DNA from: Pseudomonadota bacterium
GTDB taxonomy: Bacteria; Pseudomonadota; Alphaproteobacteria; MPNO01; UBA2964
DNA length: 64,000 bases
Direction: 5' to 3'
Assembly: GCA_036336885.1 (NCBI GenBank)
Contig: JAYZFG010000015.1
Span: 142,126 to 206,125 of the forward strand
Positions 55,257 to 63,683 of the stretch are shown here, piece by piece (position 1 is the stretch's first letter; every line of letters starts with the position of its first letter). Under the pieces are notes generated by a model that saw only the letters and a list, made by a program, of their open reading frames with translations, searched no databases and had not been told where the DNA came from. Made by a program: the position numbers and the translations under genes.

Positions 55257-57604
55257 AGCCCACCCCGTGCTTTCTGAATAAGGCCATACAGTCTGGCCGG
55301 ATCTATTGGCAACCGATCAACAACTAAACCTATATCCTTAAAAGAATCATTAATAGCATTTACAATTGCAGCTGGCGGGCCAATTGCCCCACCCTCACCC
55401 AGCCCTTTCTGCCCAAAGTAAGAAAATGGCGAGGGAGTTTCCATGTGCTCAATTCTAACTTGGGGCATCTCACAGGCACTTGGCAAAAGATATTCAGCCA
55501 AGGTATTGGCCATTGGCTGCCCTGATTCGTCGTATGGCATTTCCTCAAATAATGCCGTACCTACCCCCTGTGCGGCCCCACCAAAAACTTGCCCGTCAAC
55601 CACCATCGGATTAATCATTAACCCTCCATCTTCAACAATAACATAATCAAGAATTTCGACCGCACCAACTTCTGGGTCCACCGCAACAACGCACGCATGG
55701 ACGGCATAAGAAAAAGTACCGCTATCCGGTTCAGGTCGGTAACCCTGGGTAAGTTCTAAAGCATCTGATGCCAATTCTGGGGACAAATCCTGCGGAGCCC
55801 TATACCAGGTCCAGGCAATATCCCTAATCGAGATTGCTCCAGCAGCGGAGTGAACTGCGCCAGCTGAAAGGGAGACGTCTTTAACGCTTGCCTGCAAAAG
55901 ATGTGCCCCTAATCTCAAAACACGATTGGCCAAGACCTTGCAAGCCTCCGCCACCGCACCACCCGCCATCACCGCACAACGGGATCCCCAAGTTCCTGTT
56001 GAGTAGGGCGTAAGAGAGGTATCTCCGTGTATAATTTTTATATCATCTGTATTGATCGTTAAAACTTCCGATGCAACCTGCGCCAGAGTTGTCTCGAGAC
56101 TTTGGCCATGTGATTGAACGCCCACTCTCACCTCCAATCCCCCATCGGGAGTGATCCGTGTAGTGGCCTGTTCAAACCCGGGTACCATTGGGATACCCCA
56201 ACCGGAATATACGGAGGTCCCGTGCGCCGCTTGTTCACAAAAAATAGAAAAGCCGACACCAATCCGTTTACCGTTATCTTCAATTTTGTCCTGTCGATTC
56301 CTTACCGCTGGAAGATCGATCGCTTCGGCTGCCCTTTTTATGCAATCAGGGTAATCACCAGAATCAAACAATTTATTTGTAACATTATTGAAAGGCATTT
56401 GACTTGGAGCCGGTACATTTCTAATTCGCATCTCGTGTGGTTCAATGCCGAGCTCGCGTGCTAAAGGATCGATCAACGTTTCTAGAGCAAAACAGACACC
56501 CGTTCGGGCCACGCCGCGATATGGCAGGATTGGTGGCTTGTTAGTTGCAGATGACCAAGTCCTGCAGCGAAAACCACTAAAATCATATGGACCCGGTAAA
56601 ATACTCGCAATTTGCGCCGCCTCAAGGCAGGCAGAAAAAGGGTAGGCTGAATATGCACCAGCATCCACGGTAGCCTCGCATTCAACCGCGAGGAGTTTTC
56701 CATCTGACGAGGCGTAAGCGGTTATTTCATAATAGTGCTCCCGACAGTTAGTATTGGCACTCAGCTGTTCCCGACGATCTTCTATCCAACAAACGGGTTT
56801 ATCGATTTGCATAGCGATCCAAGATAGAGCGACCTCTTCTGCTAGGAGAATCCCCTTGTATCCAAAGCCACCGCCGACATCAGGAGCGATTACCCGAACT
56901 TTTCCTTCATCGAGACCCAGACAATTGGCAAGTCCAGTCCTAACGATATGAGGCATTTGCGTGGAACTAGTGAGTGTCAGAAGTTCAAGTCGACGATCCC
57001 ACTCTGCAACAACACCACGGCCTTCTATAGGTGCCATTGACTGTCGCGCCGTTCTAAAACTACGCGTAACAGAAGCTGCTGCTTGACTTTTAAGTGCCTC
57101 TAAATTTCCATCCGCTTCAATAAAAGTTTCAAGAAAAATATTATCGCTCCAATGCTCATGAATTAATGGGGAGCCGTTATTTTTTGCCTCTAGCATATCA
57201 GAAACTACTGGCAGGTGTTCTATCTCCAATTCTACGCGATTAACTAAATCTTCTGCCTCACCACGCGTATTAGCTACACAAGCGGCAACCAACTCTCCCA
57301 CATAGCGCACTTTTTCGCTGGCAAAAATTGGTTGGAGGGAAGACTTAAACCCCTTCAGACCAGAGTCCGCCTGGATTGGAGAAACGCCAACCAGATCTTT
57401 TGCATCAAAAACATTATTTTCCTGCCCAACGGGCTTAGTAACACGAACATTTTTACCATGAGCAATAGGACTTCGAACAAATGCAACCTCCCGCATTCCA
57501 AACCGCTTGATATCTGCAACGAATTCGCCTCGCCCTCTTAAATAGCGTTCATCTTCTTTCCGAATTACCGACTTGCCGATGCCGCCATTCAAAATTGGTT
57601 TCAT
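55253..57604 (-). CDS. Xanthine dehydrogenase/aldehyde oxidase/CoxL-family molybdopterin-binding large subunit
   Basis: About 783 aa from ATG 57604 (MKPILNGGIGKSVIRKEDERYLRGRGEFVAD…). …VRSPIAHGK…, …GGGFGYKG…, …PYRGVARTG… and C-terminal …GQKGLGEGG… are present. The stop overlaps the DUF1116 paralog start (ATGA). No FeS domain. Confidence 0.85.
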   Translation of the reverse strand: MKPILNGGIGKSVIRKEDERYLRGRGEFVADIKRFGMREVAFVRSPIAHGKNVRVTKPVGQENNVFDAKDLVGVSPIQADSGLKGFKSSLQPIFASEKVRYVGELVAACVANTRGEAEDLVNRVELEIEHLPVVSDMLEAKNNGSPLIHEHWSDNIFLETFIEADGNLEALKSQAAASVTRSFRTARQSMAPIEGRGVVAEWDRRLELLTLTSSTQMPHIVRTGLANCLGLDEGKVRVIAPDVGGGFGYKGILLAEEVALSWIAMQIDKPVCWIEDRREQLSANTNCREHYYEITAYASSDGKLLAVECEATVDAGAYSAYPFSACLEAAQIASILPGPYDFSGFRCRTWSSATNKPPILPYRGVARTGVCFALETLIDPLARELGIEPHEMRIRNVPAPSQMPFNNVTNKLFDSGDYPDCIKRAAEAIDLPAVRNRQDKIEDNGKRIGVGFSIFCEQAAHGTSVYSGWGIPMVPGFEQATTRITPDGGLEVRVGVQSHGQSLETTLAQVASEVLTINTDDIKIIHGDTSLTPYSTGTWGSRCAVMAGGAVAEACKVLANRVLRLGAHLLQASVKDVSLSAGAVHSAAGAISIRDIAWTWYRAPQDLSPELASDALELTQGYRPEPDSGTFSYAVHACVVAVDPEVGAVEILDYVIVEDGGLMINPMVVDGQVFGGAAQGVGTALFEEMPYDESGQPMANTLAEYLLPSACEMPQVRIEHMETPSPFSYFGQKGLGEGGAIGPPAAIVNAINDSFKDIGLVVDRLPIDPARLYGLIQKARGGL

Positions 57605-57715
57605 GGGACCCCTAAATTTTTTATCGCTGTTGATCAGTAGAGCTCTCGGGTTCATTATCAGCATACAAGAACTCTTTGTCATCATCGATAAACGAAACAC
57701 TGTTTGGGAGCTAAC

Positions 57716-58966
57716 ATGGAAAAGAAATTTGATACCATAATTTCCGGCGGTCGAGTTATAGACCCGGCAAACAAATTAGATGGAAAACTTGATGTAGGAA
57801 TAAAAGACAATAAAATTTCAGCTGTTGAAAAAAAATTAAAAGATAAAAATGCTGAAATGATAGATGCAACGGGTAAGCTGGTTATCCCCGGGATGATTGA
57901 CACCCATGCACACGTTTTTGAACATGTAAGTGGTAGGTTTGGCCTAAATCCAGATCTCGTCGGAGTACGCTCCGGAGTGACAACCGTAATTGATCAAGGT
58001 GGACCGAGCTGCATGACTTTTCCCGGCTTTCGCAACTTCATCTCCGATCCGGCAAAGACAAACGTATTAGCATTTATTTCAATTTATACAGTAGGGGGGT
58101 TAGAGGGACATTACTATCCATACCTATATGGCCCGGGGGGAATTGATGTTGAAGCCTGCGCTAAGGCAGCGGGAGCGAATAAAGATATAGTCAAGGGCAT
58201 CAAAGCCCATGCAGAACCCGGTGGTATTTCACGTTGGGGTTTGGAAACTCTGAAAATGGCAAAAGACGCGTCTCGCGAAGCCGACATTCCTGTATACATT
58301 CACCTGGGAGAGCTTTGGCCAACAGAGGGAGGCATCGACGTCGATATGGATGCTCGACTGCCCGAGATCGTCGCGCTTATTGAGGAAGGCGACATTCTCG
58401 CGCATCCGTTTACAAGGCACCCCGGAGGTTTTGTTAACAAAGAGGGTAAATTACACCCCATCGTTAACGAAGCTATCGACAAGGGAGTTCTTATCGATAT
58501 TGGCCACGGTTCGCATTTTAGCTTCGATATGGCCCGTGCGGTCCTTGATGCAAACGTATTACCGACAACTGTTGGTGCTGACATGCATGGGTATAATACT
58601 CATGTGCCGGCAGAGGCAGGTACTCCTGATGAGCATCCAGACGACGAGATGCATCTTTTTGCGGGTCAGGCGCGCTTTAGTATGTGTCACGCTATGACGG
58701 AGCTTATAGCCATGGGTGTCAGCATGGAAGACACGATACCTATGGTCTCAACCCATTGTGCAGAGATGATCGGTATGGAAGATGAACTTGGAACTCTCGG
58801 TATTGGTCGTATAGCAGACATATCGGTACTTCACGACGAAACCGGTGAATGGGTATTGCAAGATAATAGCGATGTTGAATTAAAGACAACCAGAAGGTTG
58901 CGTCCAGCATTCTGCCTTCGCCAAGGCGAGTATTTCGATGCTGACGCACCTATACTCCCGGTTTGA
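57716..58966 (+). CDS. Amidohydrolase-superfamily metallohydrolase (dihydroorotase/deacetylase-like)
   Basis: About 416 aa from ATG 57716 (MEKKFDTIISGGRVIDP…GIKDNKISAV…IPGMIDTHAHVF), with HxH metal ligands and downstream His/Asp ligands. A 9-nt gap separates it from the next gene. Confidence 0.75.
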   Translation: MEKKFDTIISGGRVIDPANKLDGKLDVGIKDNKISAVEKKLKDKNAEMIDATGKLVIPGMIDTHAHVFEHVSGRFGLNPDLVGVRSGVTTVIDQGGPSCMTFPGFRNFISDPAKTNVLAFISIYTVGGLEGHYYPYLYGPGGIDVEACAKAAGANKDIVKGIKAHAEPGGISRWGLETLKMAKDASREADIPVYIHLGELWPTEGGIDVDMDARLPEIVALIEEGDILAHPFTRHPGGFVNKEGKLHPIVNEAIDKGVLIDIGHGSHFSFDMARAVLDANVLPTTVGADMHGYNTHVPAEAGTPDEHPDDEMHLFAGQARFSMCHAMTELIAMGVSMEDTIPMVSTHCAEMIGMEDELGTLGIGRIADISVLHDETGEWVLQDNSDVELKTTRRLRPAFCLRQGEYFDADAPILPV

Positions 58967-58975
58967 GAAAATCGT

Positions 58976-59938
58976 TTGAAAATAAGTCTTGTAACCCCAG
59001 CAGGAAAAAAATCCCGTACGGGTAATAGGACTACCGCTGTCCGCTGGGCCCGAATTCTCCGTAACCTTGGTCATCGGGTGGCCATTGCGGAACAAGATGA
59101 CGGAGCAGAAGCCGATATTATGGTGGCGGTTCATGCTTGGAGATCTTATCATTCGATAAAATCATTCTCGGTCAGTCACCCAAACCGACCTTTAGTGGTT
59201 TTATTGGCTGGTACAGATATTTATAGCTTTCAACATACGCATCCCAACGAAACGCTAGATTCGATGAACCGCGCAACCGCACTAGTGTGCCTGCATAGAC
59301 TGGTTGAGCGGGAAATACCGCAGAAATATGTCAAAAAACTGAACGTTATTTATCAATCGGCAAAGCCTCTTCTTTCACCTTCAAACCCAAACAAAAAGAC
59401 CTTTGATATTTGTGTCATTGGTCACTTAAGGGATGAAAAAGATCCACTTCGTGCAGCCTATGCATCGCGTTTAGCTCCACGAGATTCAAAAATCCGGATC
59501 ATCCACTTAGGTAAAGCTCATAACCAAAAATGGCTCAATTCCATGAGGGCAGAGGAGGACGCAAATCCACGCTTTATTTCGCTTGGAGATGTTCCAGCTT
59601 GGCGTGTACGCCGTCAATTTTCTACAAGCCGTGCTATGGTTATAAGCTCTATAATGGAGGGGGGAGCAAATGTTGTTTCCGAAGCAGTCGTTGCTGGCCT
59701 ACCAATAATCGCCTCAGAAATAGACGGAAATATTGGACTACTAGGCCCGGATTATAAAGGTTATTATCCAGCAAAAGACACAAAAGCTCTCGCGAGCCTA
59801 TTAAACAAGTTGGAAGAGGAACCAGGGTTTCTAAGACATCTGGCTGGGCAAATAAAAAAGAGACAGAATTTGTTCAGACCCTCACGGGAACATCAAGCGT
59901 GGGACCATCTAATCAATCACCTTAGACCTTCACTGTAA
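58976..59938 (+). CDS. GT-B glycosyltransferase resembling the SenB selenosugar-synthase family
   Basis: 320 aa with a TTG start. The N-terminus KISLVTPAGKKSRTGNRTTAVRWARILRNLGHRV matches my recollection of the SenB-family N-terminal signature (…TP…S..GN..TA.RWA..LR.LGH.V). The C-terminal GT1-type motif EGGANVVSEAVVAGLPIIAS is present. Its 3' end overlaps the selD fusion gene. Family membership needs an HMM check. Confidence 0.6.
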   Translation: MKISLVTPAGKKSRTGNRTTAVRWARILRNLGHRVAIAEQDDGAEADIMVAVHAWRSYHSIKSFSVSHPNRPLVVLLAGTDIYSFQHTHPNETLDSMNRATALVCLHRLVEREIPQKYVKKLNVIYQSAKPLLSPSNPNKKTFDICVIGHLRDEKDPLRAAYASRLAPRDSKIRIIHLGKAHNQKWLNSMRAEEDANPRFISLGDVPAWRVRRQFSTSRAMVISSIMEGGANVVSEAVVAGLPIIASEIDGNIGLLGPDYKGYYPAKDTKALASLLNKLEEEPGFLRHLAGQIKKRQNLFRPSREHQAWDHLINHLRPSL

Positions 59939-62189
59939 TAGGCTCGAGCCTTTCTGATTGTTCTAAAACCTCGCCGATAATCATGGCACGAGCATACCCT
60001 AATTCTTTTAAAGCCACTACACATGCATCGGCTTTATCTGCTGGAACACTAGCAAGAAGACCGCCCGCTGTCTGAGGATCAAATATCAGGGGATAACGTG
60101 GATCTGTTCCAGCCTCCTCTATATTGGCTACGGCCCTACGCAACCTGACATTCTGCGGTTGAAGAGAAGACACGATACCTGCTTTTACCGTATCTATTGC
60201 GCCGTCCATCACAGGTATAGCATCCAGTTCAATAATAACATCAACTGCCGATGCGCGAACCATCTCAACTAAGTGCCCCAACAAACCAAAACCCGTGATA
60301 TCAGTTGCAGCCTGGGACCCATGATCGATAAGACATTGCGCACCTTTATAATTGGACATAACCATGTGATCGAGCGCCGCTCCTATCCACCGACCTTTTG
60401 CCTTGTGCCGCATGTCCGCCGCGAAGAGTGTTCCAGTCCCTATTGGTTTGGTAATAAGCAACTTATCTCCGGCCTGCATCCCACCCTTGCGCATAATTTT
60501 GTCTTTATCGATAAGCCCGTTAATTGCGAACCCAAGGCTTAGCTCGGGACCTTCACTTGTGTGACCACCAACCAAAGAACAATTTGTATCATTCAAAATT
60601 TCCATCGCTCCCATCATCATTTGGGTCAAGGTATCTTCTACTTTTTCTTCTATACCAAAGGGGACGGTTGCCACAGCCAATGCGGTTTGCGGCTCGCCAC
60701 CCATTGCAAAGATATCGCCCAAGCTATGATTAGCGGAGATTTTACCAAATACATAGGGGTCATCGACCATGGACCGAAAATAATCAACTGTATGTACCAT
60801 TACTTTACCTGGCGGCACCTCGATTACTGCGGCATCATCCGGCTCGTGCAATCCAATCAATACGTCTTGCCGTGGCACCGGTTCTAAGCTTCCTAAAGCA
60901 CGCGACAATACAGTCGCGCCAACCTTGGCCCCACAACCCCCACAGCGCATAGCAATAGCAGAGATCTCCTTTACCAATTCTGTACTTGCTAATCCTTCAG
61001 GGAGATCCGTTTCAGAACCTTCCTCCATATCTGGTAATTCATTAAACTTCTTCATAAACTGGAGGTCGATCCAGTTCTTCCACTTCCAAACTTTAGGCCC
61101 CCGGAGTGTGAAATTGCCCCGAGACGCTACGGCGTATTTATCCCCAGTCGAAATCAAACTAAGGAAGTGCCTCTGTGGATGAAACCGTTTTGGGACCCTT
61201 CCGAGCAAGACCCTCCTCAAATTACGCTCGAGTGGTTTTCCCTGTCTTACCGCAAATACACCTGACTTTGGACGAGGATGATTAACCATCGAAGCAATAT
61301 CCCCGGCTGCGAAGACGTCAGGGTGTGACGTAGATTGGAGTGTATCACCCACGGTAATAAATCCATTTTCATCGACGTCCAATCCGGCATCTGTTGGCCA
61401 ACTCGGCGCAGCAGCAGCCGTAACCCATAATATTTCATCCGCCTCAATTTTTTTTCCAGACTGAGTTTCTACAACGCCTGGAAACACCTTAACGATTTCA
61501 TCACTTGCATGGACGAAAACCTCGCGCTCTTGCAAAACCTTTTTAAAATGAGCGCGCACCCAAGCATTATGGCTTGGCATAATTTCGGTAGAGCTGCTGA
61601 ATAGATGGTAAGAAATTTTATCAACTTTGTTGCCCTCTTTCTCCAATAGTTGCTGCAAACGAAATTGAATTGCGAGAAGAACTTCAACACCTCCTGCCCC
61701 TGCTCCAACGACAGCGATGGTCAATGCACCATTGTGGTGTATGACGCGATCTATTAGTGAATCCCAACGATCCAGAAACAAATTGATGGGCTTAACAGGC
61801 ACAACGTTTTCCGTTGCCCCAGAAACGAGGGATGTATTTGGTGTTGACCCAGTATTAATAGAAATGAGGTTATATAGAACAGGTGGTCTATTATCGCATA
61901 AGACCTTCTTCCCTGTCATATCTAATCCTGTAACGGTGCTATGATAGAAACGAGCCCCTGCAAATCTCGCTAAAGCGCCGAGATCTATGTGCGCCTCGTC
62001 ATAAGTATAATGGCCAGCAACATACCCCGGTAACATTCCGGAGTAAGGTGTGTGTGCGTCACGGCAAATCAACGTTAATCTAACACCTGGTAACGGCTTC
62101 ATTCCAAATCTTTTCAGCACAGCAACATGGCTATGGCCCCCGCCAATTAAAACCAGGTCCTTTACAGTGGGAGTTTCAGATTTTTGCAT
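59922..62189 (-). CDS. selD: Fusion protein: FAD/NAD(P)-dependent pyridine-nucleotide-disulfide oxidoreductase domain + selenide,water dikinase (Cys-type SelD)
   Basis: 755 aa. Residues about 1-370 carry two Rossmann motifs (VLIGGGHSHV, AVVGAGAGGVE) and …FAAGDIA…. Residues about 400-755 are SelD (…MRCGGCGAKVG… with Cys and Lys at the E. coli Cys17/Lys20 positions, plus AIR-synthase-like domains). There is no in-frame TGA. Confidence 0.88.
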   Translation of the reverse strand: MQKSETPTVKDLVLIGGGHSHVAVLKRFGMKPLPGVRLTLICRDAHTPYSGMLPGYVAGHYTYDEAHIDLGALARFAGARFYHSTVTGLDMTGKKVLCDNRPPVLYNLISINTGSTPNTSLVSGATENVVPVKPINLFLDRWDSLIDRVIHHNGALTIAVVGAGAGGVEVLLAIQFRLQQLLEKEGNKVDKISYHLFSSSTEIMPSHNAWVRAHFKKVLQEREVFVHASDEIVKVFPGVVETQSGKKIEADEILWVTAAAAPSWPTDAGLDVDENGFITVGDTLQSTSHPDVFAAGDIASMVNHPRPKSGVFAVRQGKPLERNLRRVLLGRVPKRFHPQRHFLSLISTGDKYAVASRGNFTLRGPKVWKWKNWIDLQFMKKFNELPDMEEGSETDLPEGLASTELVKEISAIAMRCGGCGAKVGATVLSRALGSLEPVPRQDVLIGLHEPDDAAVIEVPPGKVMVHTVDYFRSMVDDPYVFGKISANHSLGDIFAMGGEPQTALAVATVPFGIEEKVEDTLTQMMMGAMEILNDTNCSLVGGHTSEGPELSLGFAINGLIDKDKIMRKGGMQAGDKLLITKPIGTGTLFAADMRHKAKGRWIGAALDHMVMSNYKGAQCLIDHGSQAATDITGFGLLGHLVEMVRASAVDVIIELDAIPVMDGAIDTVKAGIVSSLQPQNVRLRRAVANIEEAGTDPRYPLIFDPQTAGGLLASVPADKADACVVALKELGYARAMIIGEVLEQSERLEPITVKV

Positions 62190-62205
62190 AACCTTTTCTG
62201 TCGAA

Positions 62206-63681
62206 TTAATGTTGCTTCAAACTCGTTTGCAGCCGTAATCGGCTTCGAATAGACCTCGAAATGACATCGATACAAATATTTAGCAAGGCAGTAATAGCAA
62301 TTAGAAATATGGCCCGGTCAAACCGTAGGTCAGCAAAAGCACTGTCAACATAGAAACCTAGCGTCGCTATTCCAAGTATACCTAGAATAGCAGTCTCTCG
62401 CATAATGACTTCCCAACGATAGAACAAAAGGGCAAGCATTGGACTGTAAACACGTGGTAATACCTCGTAAATATAACGATTAAAGCCTTTTACTGCATCT
62501 AACCGGAGTTGAACCGTTTCAGTATAGCGACCAATCAAGTGGCCTATAATCGCACCATTATGAAGCGTCAGAGCCACAATTGCAGGTAACATCGATGGCC
62601 CCCAAAGCTGAAGAAGAATAAAAGCTAGAATATATTCAGGCGTGGACCGCGCTATGACGAGAAATATATGGCCAAAAAAGCGTGAGAATTTTCCTAGTAA
62701 TAACGGCGATATAAGTGGAAAAAGTATAATGGTCAAAAACCCGGTTGCAACTAAAGCGATCATGGTCAGTTGTAACGTCGCAATTGTGCCCGGTATCGCT
62801 TGGTCAACAACCATCAGGTGAAGCCAATCCGACAAACCCTCAAAACTACCACCACTTCTTATCGGATAAGGTATTATATCCTCTGTCAAAAATCGCACGA
62901 TATTGGAAAAGGAAAACTGAACTCCCCACGGCAAAATAATAATAGCGCCTATGATATAGATTGGCAGCAACGGTCGTTTAATCCAGAAACGCATGGTGGC
63001 AATCACAAGGTAGAAAAGAAATAATAATGCAGCGACCTCTGAATACTGACCCTCTTTAAATGCCGTTTCCAAGTGAAACCCCAGCGTCGGCAAACCAATG
63101 AAACCGAGAACTGCACTTGATCGGATTCCACATTCTAATCGGTACATTGCATAAGATCGAAAATGGGCCCACACATCGGGCAATTGCACAAAAATAAAAG
63201 CAGAAAGACGGCTCGTTCCAAAGGGTATTGATTTGAGTGGAGCAGGGTTTGCTTCTTCCAGAATCTCTGCGTAAACCTTGGCAATGATGCCTGCATAGGG
63301 AATAGCAATCGCCAGGACACCTGTCAGTGGCGACAACCCAAACATTTGTAAAAAAATAAGCGCCCAAAATAATTCATGTACTGCACGAATAACAGCGCAC
63401 AGTGTTCGAATAATCCGGCTAAAGAAAAGTAACGCTAAGAACAAACCCATCAGATTTGCTAGAGTTACACCAAGAAATGCAAAAGCCAGTGTATAGGCTA
63501 TGGCTTGTATAACACTATCAGTAGCATAAAAGTCTGGGCTAACAAGTCCGGCTAGAAGGCGTCCGAACTCATCCCAAGGATCAACCGTAGTGATTGCAAC
63601 GTCAGAGAATACCAGGCAAATAAAGCCGATCCCGACAAAAATTTTAGTTGTTTTTGCTAGTGGTGATGGCTCCGACCGCAA
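62206..63681 (-). CDS. ABC transporter permease with two tandem PhnE-like domains
   Basis: 491 aa, about 12 TM helices arranged as two repeated halves that each end in …LG(F/I)(I/L)G(L/I)(P/A)TLGF(H/Y)… . A 16-nt gap separates it from selD and a 2-nt gap from the ATPase gene. Confidence 0.7.
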   Translation of the reverse strand: MRSEPSPLAKTTKIFVGIGFICLVFSDVAITTVDPWDEFGRLLAGLVSPDFYATDSVIQAIAYTLAFAFLGVTLANLMGLFLALLFFSRIIRTLCAVIRAVHELFWALIFLQMFGLSPLTGVLAIAIPYAGIIAKVYAEILEEANPAPLKSIPFGTSRLSAFIFVQLPDVWAHFRSYAMYRLECGIRSSAVLGFIGLPTLGFHLETAFKEGQYSEVAALLFLFYLVIATMRFWIKRPLLPIYIIGAIIILPWGVQFSFSNIVRFLTEDIIPYPIRSGGSFEGLSDWLHLMVVDQAIPGTIATLQLTMIALVATGFLTIILFPLISPLLLGKFSRFFGHIFLVIARSTPEYILAFILLQLWGPSMLPAIVALTLHNGAIIGHLIGRYTETVQLRLDAVKGFNRYIYEVLPRVYSPMLALLFYRWEVIMRETAILGILGIATLGFYVDSAFADLRFDRAIFLIAITALLNICIDVISRSIRSRLRLQTSLKQH

Positions 63682-63683
63682 GG

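Noticed and set aside
57605-57700. N-terminal extension of the Mo-hydroxylase ORF (MFRLSMMTKSSCMLIMNPRALL…)
   Set aside because: Family homology begins at MKPILNGGIGKSVIRKEDERYLRG (ATG 57604), matching the N-termini of the two paralogs. The extension would also consume the divergent promoter region.
59922-62189. The SelD fusion itself being a selenoprotein
   Set aside because: The ORF is uninterrupted over 755 codons, and the catalytic position reads Cys (…GGCGAK…) rather than an in-frame TGA.
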